Below are positions 31,906 through 42,299 of a DNA stretch of 64,000 nucleotides, one piece after another. How positions within the stretch are numbered: position 1 is the stretch's first letter; every line of letters begins with the position of its first letter. A program made the position numbers and the translations under genes. The DNA is from an uncultured Chloroflexia bacterium. GTDB taxonomy: Bacteria > Chloroflexota > Dehalococcoidia > GIF9 > UBA5629. A model generated the notes under the pieces. That model had not been told where the DNA came from, searched no databases, and saw only the letters and a program-made list of their open reading frames with translations. The DNA is taken from positions 84,550 through 148,549 of the forward strand of contig CAVZKR010000004.1 in NCBI GenBank assembly GCA_963775935.1, in the 5' to 3' direction.

Positions 31906-33215
31906 TCACAGTAGTGGATGGATTACTTTGCCTCTTGTGGCGGATATAAAGAGACAGCAGAAAGAAGCTACGGCGAAGATCACCAATGCTATCCTGATAC
32001 TTTCCACAAACACCCCATAGTATTCAGGCGTTATCTGTGCCGTGCCCATATACAATGAAAACAAGAGCATCAGTATCCCCATACCGACCGTTATGCCCAC
32101 ATCCCTTGCTGTTGTCTGGATTAACCAATCAAACCTTGGCTTACTATAAAAGGTAAAAGAGCAGTATCTCCGGTTGCACTGAGCAAAAGCAAAATGCCGA
32201 CCAGCGTTATAGCAAGGCCACCTGAGGCAAGTATTCGTGGTTGAATTTTATCCGAAATTCTGCCGGTAAAAGGTGAAAAGACTGCCTGCACAATGGGTTG
32301 TGCTAACAGAACAAAGCCAGCATCTTGTGGACTGAGTCCTTTAATGTATTGTAAATAAAGACTCAAAATGAAAGCTACGGGGAATACAGCACTGTGAAAC
32401 AGCAATTGGCAAGGCTTGAAAACGCAAATAGCCTGTTTCGCGTTAACAGATGTACATTGAGTATGGGGCTATCAACCTCCATCTCCCATATGACGAACGC
32501 AGCCAGCCCCACAACACCGATGGCAATAAGCCATATACCAGTGGTCGCTGGCAATGAGGAAAATCCATACATTAGGCCAAGATCATAATACCGAAGAGTA
32601 CTGAGCCTATGATATCGTATTTTTCTCCCTTTGCCTCTGCCCATTCAGATCGGACCTTGGTGAACAGTAATACTAGTGCTGGTATCTGCAGGATGAGGCT
32701 AAATAGAAAATGCTTCGCCAGCCTAAATTCTGCGTCAGTATCCCACCAATACTAGGACCGATCGACATTCCTAGAAAGACTGCAGCCACATTCCAGCCCA
32801 GCACTTTGCCTCGTTCACTATAAGGGTATGCAGCAGTCAATAGTGCTATTGCGGTACCCCACACCATGGCCATGCTTATCCCTTGTACCACTCGCAAAGA
32901 AATGAGCATAAGCGCAGAAGTAGATAATGCCGACAGGAGCGTCGACACTGCAAACGAGAGTAGTCCTAAAGTATATATTCCCCCCCTTCCTGTGATATCA
33001 GCTAACCGCCCCAGCGGGAGGGTACAAACTACCAAGGCCAAAGTAAATGATTGTGTTACCCAGCCCAATTGAACCGCATTCATAGACAATTCGTTCCCTA
33101 TTGTGGGTAAGGCAACAGTGACAGCAGTCAACATTATCGGGCCTGATACTGATGTCAGTAATACGGTAAAAAAAAGATATTGTTTATCTTGGGTTTTAGA
33201 CATCGCTGCCTTCAT
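31906..33215 (-). CDS. MFS transporter, DHA2/EmrB-like (split by several indels)
   Basis: VALPTIG, GRLADITGR, ERGKVLGWN, GRISDKIQPR in consecutive ORF fragments. Confidence 0.8.
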
Positions 33216-33404
33216 TTATGACTAGCCTAGGATGGAGCTTCCTTTCAAGGGATAAAACAGGTATAAGTCATATTGCCACGGCATTGTATCACAACAAAGC
33301 AGAGACGTCTTTTTTGAATTGCCTTAGTAATCGCGTTAGTTCTAAGAAGATATCTGTCTGTATTATTAAAAATTATATGTCCTGCTAGATTTTGATTTTG
33401 GATA

Positions 33405-34241
33405 TCACTCTTGTTTTACAACCACAAGCAATGTCCCAGGCCCCCCGTGTACCCCAAGTGCCGCACCGAGTCTTGCCATATGAATTTTTTCCTCGACGAC
33501 AATAGAACTCAAGCGTTTCTTTAATAAGTAGGCCTCTTCTGCAGCAGTGCTATTAACTATGGCTACTTCCTTTACGTTTTTGGCTTTCTTCACAAACTCA
33601 TAGAGCTTGTCTATTCCCTTTGCGTAGGAACGTGCCAAGCCAGCCTGAATAATCTCCCCTTCATGCATGGTCAATAGAGGTTTGACATGGAGGAGGCTTC
33701 CTATAGTCGCTCTGGCCTTGGTGATGCGACCACCCGCAAGCAAGTATTTTAGGGTATCCAGGACGCCTAAAAATTGTGTTTGCTTAATAGCTTTATTAAT
33801 TTCCTCTACAACCTGCTGCAGAGTTCCCCCAGCCTGAGCTATCCTCGCAGCAGCTAGAGTTACCAACCCAAGACTCATTGAGAGGGAAGTTGAATCGATT
33901 ACTTCTATGTGGCATTTATCCTTTAATAATTCTTTACCCTGCATTGCTGAGTTATAAGTGCCGCTGACCTTTGAACTGAGATGAATAGATACAATTTCGT
34001 TAGTTTCCTTTGAAATTTCCTGATAGGCGTTAGTGAAATCTGCCGGTATAGGTTGGGTAGTTGTTGGGTGTATTGGCCCATCAACTAACCTCTTATATAG
34101 TTCATCCGGTCCTATATCTACCCCGTCCTTGTAGACCTTCTGACCAAAGTAGATATAAAGTGGAACAGTAGTAATATTCAGATCCTTCAGTAAATCTGTT
34201 GGGATATCCGCCCCTGTATCTGTGACAATCCTAACCGTCAT
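33405..34241 (-). CDS. DegV family fatty-acid binding protein
   Basis: IVTDTGADIP, TTTQP, SIHLSSKVSGTYNSA, IDS.SLS, GGRI, GVHGGPG. Confidence 0.95.
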   Translation of the reverse strand: MTVRIVTDTGADIPTDLLKDLNITTVPLYIYFGQKVYKDGVDIGPDELYKRLVDGPIHPTTTQPIPADFTNAYQEISKETNEIVSIHLSSKVSGTYNSAMQGKELLKDKCHIEVIDSTSLSMSLGLVTLAAARIAQAGGTLQQVVEEINKAIKQTQFLGVLDTLKYLLAGGRITKARATIGSLLHVKPLLTMHEGEIIQAGLARSYAKGIDKLYEFVKKAKNVKEVAIVNSTAAEEAYLLKKRLSSIVVEEKIHMARLGAALGVHGGPGTLLVVVKQE

Positions 34242-34419
34242 TTAAATACCTCCAGTTTAAATTTTTCGTCCTCGACAAGTTTGATTATATATTACTATCA
34301 ACAGCTTGCCTAGTACCTTGTATATCGAGGTATATTTAGGACTGCCTATAAAAAGGTGATACGTTTTTCAAATATTTACCTGTAGGCTAGAATATGGAAA
34401 TAATGCTCTGGCCAAGTCC

Positions 34420-34515
34420 TTGCGGGACTAACTTAAAAAGTGGTACAACTATTGGGGGAAGGTTAAAGCCATTTGTGCTATTATTTCGTCAATTGTAATT
34501 TCCTCAAGGTAAAGC
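34420..34515 (+). promoter_or_regulatory. Shared promoter module (repeat D) copy 1
   Basis: TTGCGG-N17-TACAAC with TG extension (cttgcgggactaacttaaaaagtggtacaactattgggg..ggttaaagccatttgtgctatt); homologs at ~37760-37852, ~39152-39190, ~48074-48105. Confidence 0.7.
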
Positions 34516-34548
34516 AGGCTTATTGATAGATTATGATTATTAGACATC

Positions 34549-35796
34549 ATGGCTAGGAAACTATTAAATATAAAAACTGTTTTTTCGTGGGGCTGGTTAG
34601 TAGTTGCCGCGTCAATCATTGTGATGTTTGGTTTTTATGGAACATCAGGATCGTTTGGTCTTTTCCTTAAGCCTCTAGAGGCAACGCTTGAATCGACACG
34701 AGTTGCGGCTTCAGGTGCCATGTCAACGTTTATGGGATTGAGCGGCATTATCGGCGTAATAGCTGGACGATTAACTGACAGATATGGTGCCAGAGTTATT
34801 ATAGGCATTGGTGCTTTTTTAGGAGGTCTGGGGTATCTATTGATGTCCCAGGTTAGTTCCCTGTGGCAGCTACATTTATACTTTGGCATTATGGCGGGAG
34901 CCTCCATGGGCACTTGCTTCACACCTATCGTAGCCACTGTCTCAAAGTGGTTTACCGAAAAAAGAGTGTTAGTGGTTGGACTAACGACTGTTGGTATTGC
35001 GACAGGGCAGATGATTCTACCACCAATTGTCGCCTTTTTTATGGCAGACCATGGATGGCGTTCCGCTTATGTATTGCTGGCCATAGTACTCTGGATTACA
35101 GCTGTACCAGCGGTGATATTGTTAAGGAAAAAACCTCCACAGAATAGTGCAGTTTCCTTGAGTCAGCAAATTGATAGAAGTACAGCAAACAATAAGGTCG
35201 CAATATCAAACCAATCGAGGCAATGGTCAGCCAGAGAAGCTATTAGAACGGTATCGTTCTGGATGTTTCTTATTATTGGTTTTGTGACTGCCGCCAGTTT
35301 CTATGTTGTGCTGGTCCATGTAGTTGCCTATGCCATCGATACAGGGATAAAACCGACTGATGCGGCTTTAATTCTTACTTTTATAAATGTTGGCCTTGTT
35401 GCTGCTCAGTTTTTAGTATGGGTCCTCACTACGAGATTAAGCAGCAGGTTTACGATAATCATACTTCTTGCCATACAAGCGCTCGCTCTTTTTTTGCTGA
35501 TGGGAGCTAACGGTTTTACTATGCTTATTGGGTTGGGATTACTCTATGGCTTTGGCTTTGGTGGCAGTAACACAGTACGCCTATCGATGGTATCGGAAAT
35601 TTTTGGTACGCGTTCAGCAGGCGCTATCTTAGGACTTGTCACAGTGGCCTGGGCTGCCGGTGGCATATTTGGTCCGATACTGGCTGGTTATATTTTCGAC
35701 ATTAGTCGGAGTTATGATATAGCTTTCTTGGTTGGCGGGTTGCTACTTACAATGGGTGGAGTATCTGGATTCTTTCTAAAAGCTCCAAGCCGCTAG
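34549..35796 (+). CDS. MFS transporter (OFA/MCT-like), paralog of 37902-39134
   Basis: 12 TM, GRLTDRYGAR, EIFGTRSAG. Confidence 0.9.
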   Translation: MARKLLNIKTVFSWGWLVVAASIIVMFGFYGTSGSFGLFLKPLEATLESTRVAASGAMSTFMGLSGIIGVIAGRLTDRYGARVIIGIGAFLGGLGYLLMSQVSSLWQLHLYFGIMAGASMGTCFTPIVATVSKWFTEKRVLVVGLTTVGIATGQMILPPIVAFFMADHGWRSAYVLLAIVLWITAVPAVILLRKKPPQNSAVSLSQQIDRSTANNKVAISNQSRQWSAREAIRTVSFWMFLIIGFVTAASFYVVLVHVVAYAIDTGIKPTDAALILTFINVGLVAAQFLVWVLTTRLSSRFTIIILLAIQALALFLLMGANGFTMLIGLGLLYGFGFGGSNTVRLSMVSEIFGTRSAGAILGLVTVAWAAGGIFGPILAGYIFDISRSYDIAFLVGGLLLTMGGVSGFFLKAPSR

Positions 35797-35912
35797 CTAT
35801 CATACGTATGAGAACATTAAGCCAGAGTGTTCGACTGCACAAATAAGTATATATATTAGCAATACTAACTTTGTGGTGGTAGTATTTATTTTGGACAGAG
35901 AGTAACGAGTTC

Positions 35913-36306
35913 ATGGGCATTATTTCCAAGATTACGGATTGGGTCACCACGCCATATACTATTTATCTTATTCTCAAAGACCCGACAATTTCGCAGTCGG
36001 TGAAATTGCGCTCGGTCATAGGGCTGGTGCTCATCTTCGCCTACATAGTCAGTCCGATAGATATAATCCCGGACTTTATTCCAATGTCAGGCTGGCTGGA
36101 TGACCTCGTCGTTGTCCCTCTCGGGCTGGCTTTAATGAGGAAATTCATCCCGGACATTGGCGTTTTAGAAAGGAGAGGAGAGGGCACAGGTAAGCGTCAG
36201 GCGAATTCTCCTCAGGGCTATATTTTCGATAGCGATAGCTGTTTTTCTGGTGGTTATCTGGCTCGGTATTCTAATTTACATCATCGTGAGGTTAATTACA
36301 GGCTAA
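35913..36306 (+). CDS. YkvA/DUF1232 membrane protein (indel near 36180)
   Basis: AYIVSPIDIIPDFIP..GWLDDLVVVPLG. Confidence 0.8.
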
Positions 36307-36374
36307 GTCGTCTTTGCCTAAAATCACCTGGTAAATGGCCATCAGAATGCAGATTTAATATATTTCATCTGGAA

Positions 36375-37580
36375 TCAGACAATATTTAACGTAGCGGGTG
36401 TTTTCTGCAGGCGTTCCACCTTACCATCTTTGGCAATTCGCACTGTATCTCCAAACTTGGCACCCTTGGAAAAGTCCTGGTTTGCCATATTCGGATGAAC
36501 GGTAAAATAATCTCCAGGTTGTGCTGGACTATTCATTGGCATCACCCCGGACATATTGTAAATGTGTATCTGGGGCGTCATCGGTTCATAGCCAGCTCTG
36601 TGGATACGAGCGGATAAGTCCTGTTCAATATCAATGAATGGTCTCTTCTTTTCCAGCTCTGCCAGCGAAAACTTATATAATTCATCGCAGCGCTCATACA
36701 TTCTAAGGACTTCTGGCTCTGGCTTACCCAGGCTGAGAGCAAAGCATATTTGTGCAGAAACACCGCCATAAATCACATTTAATTCAAATATGACAACGTC
36801 TCCTTTTTTCAGAACGTTATGAGCGGGTGGTGCTTTGGGGAATGTAGGACCAGGCCCGGATGTTCCCAGCATGAAATGACCTGCCCAACCGCCATTACCA
36901 ACAATTGCCTCCTCAGCAGCACCCCATAGTTTGTATTCAGGCACCCCGGGTTTTAACGCTTTTTTTACCGCTTCATAGGAGAGGTCTAAAATTTCACAAG
37001 TTTTTTTTAAAAACTGTAGCTCCTCTTCACTCTCTCTCGATATTGCATTCATAACTTCGTTCACTACTTGGGAGACATCTTCTATCTTTGCCTGAGGGAA
37101 GCTTTCCGCCAGGGCATTATAGATGAGAGCAGGAAACCACCCCTGCTTATATCCGATAATTCCCAGTTTACTGTTCCCAAGTTTAAGTTGCCGTATCTTC
37201 TTCACAATATCTTTGCAAATGTCGAAGCTACCAACAATCTCCCTTATCCACGATGTTTGTGATGCGGTATGTAAAAACTGGGAGCCTATATTATTGTGGA
37301 CTACCATCCATGGTTCTCCCTGGAGAGGGAAAATAACGTAGTGTCCACTGTTGGAGAATGGTACATAATTCGAAACATAATAGAGATAGGTACTCGGCAT
37401 AGGCATAAAAATATTTACCGGCGCTCCGATAATAAGGCAATCAATCTTATGCTCATTCATTGCTTGACGTATTGCAGACCACCTCCCGTCACGTTCTTTG
37501 ACAGACGGCATGGGGAATGTCCAGGGATACTCTAACTTAGGTGGTTTGGTTTGGTAGATATAAGGACAGAATTCACTCAT
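36375..37580 (-). CDS. M24 (pita-bread fold) peptidase/creatinase-like protein with atypical active site
   Basis: Creatinase_N-like start (RW.AIRQAM...IDCLII), SEEELQFL, PGVPEY, GDVVIFE, FTVHP, FGDTV.I. Confidence 0.8.
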   Translation of the reverse strand: MSEFCPYIYQTKPPKLEYPWTFPMPSVKERDGRWSAIRQAMNEHKIDCLIIGAPVNIFMPMPSTYLYYVSNYVPFSNSGHYVIFPLQGEPWMVVHNNIGSQFLHTASQTSWIREIVGSFDICKDIVKKIRQLKLGNSKLGIIGYKQGWFPALIYNALAESFPQAKIEDVSQVVNEVMNAISRESEEELQFLKKTCEILDLSYEAVKKALKPGVPEYKLWGAAEEAIVGNGGWAGHFMLGTSGPGPTFPKAPPAHNVLKKGDVVIFELNVIYGGVSAQICFALSLGKPEPEVLRMYERCDELYKFSLAELEKKRPFIDIEQDLSARIHRAGYEPMTPQIHIYNMSGVMPMNSPAQPGDYFTVHPNMANQDFSKGAKFGDTVRIAKDGKVERLQKTPATLNIV

Positions 37581-37661
37581 AATTCTCCTTCCTGATATTC
37601 ACCACATGATACACAACAATAATAGAGCATAGCATACAAGCACTATCATAGCATAGTGGAC

Positions 37662-37750
37662 TCAACTACCGACCGCCTGACAATACCTGTCAATCTATCT
37701 ACCTGAGTGGCAATCATATGTCTCTTAAACACAATATCAAATCCTGAGGC
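37662..37750 (-). pseudogene. Two fused tyrosine-recombinase 3'-end fragments (type II then type I)
   Basis: ASGFDIVFKRHMIATQVDRL (like 47985 copy) joined to AGG TAT TGT CAG GCG GTC GGT = RYCQAVG (like 55-64 kb copies). Confidence 0.7.
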
Positions 37751-37759
37751 TCCAGCGCC

Positions 37760-37852
37760 TCGTGGGAATAACTTAAGAAGTGGTATAACTATCGGGGCAG
37801 GTTAAAGCCATTTGTGCTATTATTACGTCAATTGTAATTTCCTCAAGGTAAA
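37760..37852 (+). promoter_or_regulatory. Shared promoter module (repeat D) copy 2
   Basis: taacttaagaagtggtataactatcggggcaggttaaagccatttgtgctattattacgtcaattgtaatttcctcaaggtaaa, near-identical to 34430-34513. Confidence 0.75.
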
Positions 37853-37901
37853 TCAGATTTGTCGATAGATTTATTTGTTAAGCCTCATATTTAGGTGACT
37901 A

Positions 37902-39134
37902 TTGAGCATGAAAACTAATTTTCCCCGAGGCTGGGTAGTGGTTGCCGCGTCAGTCATTATAATGTTTGGGTATTATGGAGCATCTGGATCTTATGGTCTC
38001 TTCCTTAAGCCTCTAGAGGCAACGTTTGAATCAACACGAACCGTGGTGTCAGCCGCTATGTCAACATTTATGGCAGCAGGCGGTATTGTTGGCATAATAA
38101 CTGGCCGATTATCTGATAGATATGATGCGAGGGTGATCATAGGGATTGGTGCGCTGATAGGGGGTCTGGGGTATTTATTAATGTCCCAGGTTAATTCCCT
38201 TTGGCAGCTACATGCATACTACGGTGTTATGGCTGGAGTCTCTACTGGCACTTGTTTTACGCCTATTGTAGCCACTGTCTCGAAGCTGTTTACCGAAAAA
38301 AGAGTATTAGCGGTTGGGCTTACATCTCTTGGCATGGCCGTTGGACAGATGATTGGACCACCAATCGTCGCCTTTTTTATGATAGACCATGGATGGCGTT
38401 CCGCTTATATATTGCTGGCCATCGTGCTCTGGATTACGGCTATACCAGCGGTTGTATTATTAGGGAAAAAGCCTGCAGAGGATATTGCCGTTTCCTTAAA
38501 TAAGCAAATTAATAGAAGCACGACAAGAGATGAGGTGTCAATATCAAAACGGTCACAGCAATGGTCAGCTGGAGCAGCTATGAGGACGGTGCCGTTCTGG
38601 ATTTTTATCATTATTAATTTTGTGACCGCTGCTGGTTTCTATATTGTACTTGTTCATGTAATTGCTTTTGCCATCGGTACCGGGATAAAGTCAACTGATG
38701 CAGCCCTGATTCTCACATTTTTAAATGTGGGAACAATCGCTGCTCAAATTGTCGCATGGTTCCTCACTATGAGATTAGGCAGCAGGTTTACAATAATTAT
38801 TCTTCTTGCTATACAGGCGCTTCCTCTTTTTTTGCTGATGGGAGCAAGAGGTTTTGCTGTGTTGATTGCACTGGGGTTCGTCTATGGTTTTGGCTTCGGT
38901 GGCACTAACACAGTACGCCTGTCAATGGTATCGGAAATTTTTAGCGCGCATTCGGCAGGTACCATCATAGGAATGATAGGTGTAGCATGGGCTGTCGGCG
39001 GTATCTTTGGACCGATACTGGCTGGTTATATATTTGACCTCAGTAAAAGCTATGAGATAGCTTTCCTGGTTGGTGGGTTGCTCTTGACAATGGGTGCGGC
39101 ATCCGGATTCTTTCTCAAAGCTCCCAGCCGCTGA
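37902..39134 (+). CDS. MFS transporter (OFA/MCT-like), paralog of 34549-35796
   Basis: Collinear with high identity to the 34549 gene, same C-terminal GFFLKAPSR*. Confidence 0.9.
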   Translation: MSMKTNFPRGWVVVAASVIIMFGYYGASGSYGLFLKPLEATFESTRTVVSAAMSTFMAAGGIVGIITGRLSDRYDARVIIGIGALIGGLGYLLMSQVNSLWQLHAYYGVMAGVSTGTCFTPIVATVSKLFTEKRVLAVGLTSLGMAVGQMIGPPIVAFFMIDHGWRSAYILLAIVLWITAIPAVVLLGKKPAEDIAVSLNKQINRSTTRDEVSISKRSQQWSAGAAMRTVPFWIFIIINFVTAAGFYIVLVHVIAFAIGTGIKSTDAALILTFLNVGTIAAQIVAWFLTMRLGSRFTIIILLAIQALPLFLLMGARGFAVLIALGFVYGFGFGGTNTVRLSMVSEIFSAHSAGTIIGMIGVAWAVGGIFGPILAGYIFDLSKSYEIAFLVGGLLLTMGAASGFFLKAPSR

Positions 39135-39337
39135 CTATTGTGCTTATCGGCTTAACTTAAAAAATGATATAACTATTGGGGCAGGTTAGAATTGCTTACT
39201 AAGTCGCAAGCTGCCTCATGGAATATTAGGACTCACTGATTTGTGAAGCATAGGTATTTACATCTTGCATTGTGATCTAACTTTGGAAATTTGTTCTTAT
39301 TGTCTTTTTCAAGTTAGTATATATACAAGGAATTCAC

Positions 39338-39853
39338 ATGTACTGGCGTTATTTCGTGGGATCCATACTCATAGTATTAGCGATATGTAGCTGCGCCCCC
39401 CCAACGTCAGAACCCGTACCTCCTCCACCTGCAACTTCGCCTCCGCCACTTCCAACAACGCTACCAACACCAGAATCTTCAGCACTACCATCACCTTCAG
39501 CAATGGTACCTCGTATAACCATAGCAGAGTTATTACAGAAGGTTGAGAGCAATGCGGACATCCTCATAGTTGATTCCAGAGTAGATGTAGAGCAAGAGTT
39601 CGACAAGGGTCACATCAGAGGAGCAATACCAGTGCCTCTTTCTCAAATTACATCAGGACAATGGATACCACCCGTTGGCAAAGATAAAGAGATTATTTTC
39701 TATTGCACCTGACCGGATGAGAAAACCAGTGCCCGTGCGGCACTAGAGTTAGTCGATAAGGGCTATACTAATGTGAAGGCTCTAAAAGGCGGCTATAATG
39801 CCTGGAAAGACGCAGGTTACCCGTTAGAGACAGGACCAGCAAAAAGTAGTTAA
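39338..39853 (+). CDS. Rhodanese-domain lipoprotein, predicted selenoprotein (in-frame UGA at 39710-39712, CxU motif), 171 aa
   Basis: IVDSR..F.KGHIRGAI.VP...IIFYCT-TGA-PDEKTSARAALELVDKGYTNVKALKGGYNAWKDAGYPLE: the rhodanese fold continues in frame past TGA to TAA 39851-39853. Confidence 0.85.
39728..39744 (+). promoter_or_regulatory. Putative bacterial SECIS hairpin
   Basis: AGTGCC-CGTGC-GGCACT stem-loop starting 16 nt after the UGA, G in the apical loop. Confidence 0.65.
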
Positions 39854-39873
39854 CCTATAAGGAGGAAAGTGGT

Positions 39874-40668
39874 TTGGCAAAAGTCAGGAATCATCTGACC
39901 ATTCTTTTGATGTTGGCACTGATTTTGATGATTGTTCTTACTCTTGCGTGTAGCTCTGCACCAACCGCAACACCAACGGCGCCTTCGAAGCCAGCATCCT
40001 CACCACTGGCACCAGTGGCTCCTACCAAAGTCCAATTTCTGGGACAATCTTGCTTTATGATTACCTCGAGCACTGGTTTAAAGGTAATTATAGATCCTTA
40101 CACGACTAATGAAAAGACTTATTCAGCTATTGATGAGACTGCTGACATTGTCACAGTAAGTCATGAACATGCCGACCATAATAATGTTGCGGGAGTTAAG
40201 GGCAATCCTGAGGTAATCAAGGGTAGCGGCATTAAAAATATTAAGGGCGTTAGCTTTAAAGGTGTCGCTACATTCCACGACAACGCTCAGGGTGCCCAAC
40301 GGGGAACCAATACTATATTTTGTTTCTCCTTAGACGGAGTGAAGTTCTGCCATGCTGGCGATCTAGGTCACCGGCTTAGTCCTGAACAGATTGCTGAGAT
40401 TGGCGCAGTCGATGTGTTCTTTGTTCCGGTCGGTGGCTTTTTCACCATTGATGCCAAGGTTGCAACTGACGTCTGCAACGATTTGAAGCCGAAAGTCATC
40501 ATTCCCATGCATTACAAAACGCCAAAATCGAACCCAAATCTGGCTGGTGTGGAAGACTTCCTGACAGGAAAGGAAAATGTAAAGCAGTTAAACACCAGCA
40601 TTTTTGAATTTAATCCGAAGGAGTTACCCGCAGGTATTGAGATTATTGTTCTTCAAATGGCAAGGTAA
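39874..40668 (+). CDS. MBL-fold metallo-hydrolase lipoprotein
   Basis: Lipobox TLAC, GQSCF, IIDPY, VSHEHADHN, HAGDLGH, IIPMHY. Confidence 0.88.
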   Translation: MAKVRNHLTILLMLALILMIVLTLACSSAPTATPTAPSKPASSPLAPVAPTKVQFLGQSCFMITSSTGLKVIIDPYTTNEKTYSAIDETADIVTVSHEHADHNNVAGVKGNPEVIKGSGIKNIKGVSFKGVATFHDNAQGAQRGTNTIFCFSLDGVKFCHAGDLGHRLSPEQIAEIGAVDVFFVPVGGFFTIDAKVATDVCNDLKPKVIIPMHYKTPKSNPNLAGVEDFLTGKENVKQLNTSIFEFNPKELPAGIEIIVLQMAR

Positions 40669-40832
40669 AATAATTGTATTTTCCCATTAGTATTTCAATC
40701 TATTCTAAATTTGCCACTAGTAATTGGGTAAACGTATAACTTGCCCTCCGCTTACAAAGAAAGAATAAACCGTCAGGAGGTTATACAGGCTTTTAAAAGC
40801 AATTTGGAATATACAAGCCAGACCTGTATCAC

Positions 40833-42071
40833 ATGCTTAGCGAAAAGAGCTCAACAGAATCAAAATATTGGCGGAAAAACCTTTACGTCATAGCTTTTGC
40901 TGAGTTTTTAGCTCTAGCTGGTTTTACCATTATCAATCCCTTTTTGCCTCTCTATCTGCAGCAGTTTGGGAGTTTTACCAGCATGGAAGCCGCATTCTGG
41001 TCGGGTATTGCCATAGGTGGCGGCAGTATAGCCATGTTCTTGAGCGCACCTATTTGGGGGATAATAGCAGATCGTATGGGTCGTAAGCCCATGCTGCTTC
41101 GCTCTTTACTTGGTGGAGCCGTAATTATTGGGTTATATATTCTGGTATCAAATGTGTATGTCTTTATCGGATTACGGATCATACAAGGTATTTTTACCGG
41201 AACCGTGCCAGCTGCTGCAGCTTTGATAGCAACAGTTACTCCCAGAGATAAGATACCTTTTGCGATGGGTATTCTCATGGGTGCAGTGTATGCCGGGAAC
41301 AGCTTCGGTCCTCTGATAGGTGGCTTTCTGGCGGATAGTTTTGGCTTCACTACTACGTTTATGGTTACAAGTGGCCTTCTTTTAATCGGGGGATTGCTGG
41401 TTCTATTCTCAACCCAGGAAAACTTCGTACCTCCCGCCAAAGAACAGCGAGCTTCACTTATGAGCACATTACGCCTAGCTATTTCACCTGAATTATTGCC
41501 TTTATTGGTGGTTATTGTAGCCATAAATATGGGCCCGCAGATGGTATCGCCCGTTATTACGCTTATTATCGGTGATATAAATCCGGGTGGAGATGTGGCG
41601 AGTGCTGCAGGTTTAGCTTTCGCTTTAATGGGTATAATTGCCTCTGTCTCGTCTTTTGTAATCAGTCGGATAAACAAACGTTTTTCTCTGAAAAATATCC
41701 TGGTTTTTTCCTGCTTAGTTACCGGTCTACTCTATCTGCCTCCTATTTGGTCCAACACTTTAACCCAGATTATCATCACAGCCGGTCTTACCGGACTCCT
41801 TATTGGAGGCACAATCATTTCGTCGAACTCGCTTATTAGCTTCTCAGTACCTATCGAACAGCAAGGAATAGCCTATGGGCTGTCACAAAGTGCTACTGCT
41901 TTAGGTAGAGGGTTGGGACCCATAATCGGGGGAGGATTAGCCCCTTTAATTGGCCTCAGACCAGTCTTCGGTGCGGCAGCTGGGATTTTTGTCCTCGTTG
42001 GCTCATTAAGTGCAATTCTGTTATTCAGACGATCTTCCCCTGTAGTAAAGCCAAGTCAGATTGAAAAATAA
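40833..42071 (+). CDS. MFS transporter DHA1 (MdtG-like), paralog of 48237-49454
   Basis: WRKNLY, PFLPLYL, WGIIADRMGRKPMLLRS, GPLIGG. Confidence 0.9.
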   Translation: MLSEKSSTESKYWRKNLYVIAFAEFLALAGFTIINPFLPLYLQQFGSFTSMEAAFWSGIAIGGGSIAMFLSAPIWGIIADRMGRKPMLLRSLLGGAVIIGLYILVSNVYVFIGLRIIQGIFTGTVPAAAALIATVTPRDKIPFAMGILMGAVYAGNSFGPLIGGFLADSFGFTTTFMVTSGLLLIGGLLVLFSTQENFVPPAKEQRASLMSTLRLAISPELLPLLVVIVAINMGPQMVSPVITLIIGDINPGGDVASAAGLAFALMGIIASVSSFVISRINKRFSLKNILVFSCLVTGLLYLPPIWSNTLTQIIITAGLTGLLIGGTIISSNSLISFSVPIEQQGIAYGLSQSATALGRGLGPIIGGGLAPLIGLRPVFGAAAGIFVLVGSLSAILLFRRSSPVVKPSQIEK

Positions 42072-42299
42072 TTGGATTGCACCGATCAAAAACTCTAAGC
42101 CAAAGTGGTGATCACGCACGCTTTACTAAATACATATATTATTTCGTTAGCTGAATAGGGGATCTTCTTCGGGGGCTCCCACTTCTTTTTTTAACCCCTA
42201 CTTACTAAAATGATACAATATCTACAAAGACTCGTTTGATTCCCATTAGTCCATTACAGCACAACCCACTACATCGAACGCTAAAAACAAGGAGATATC

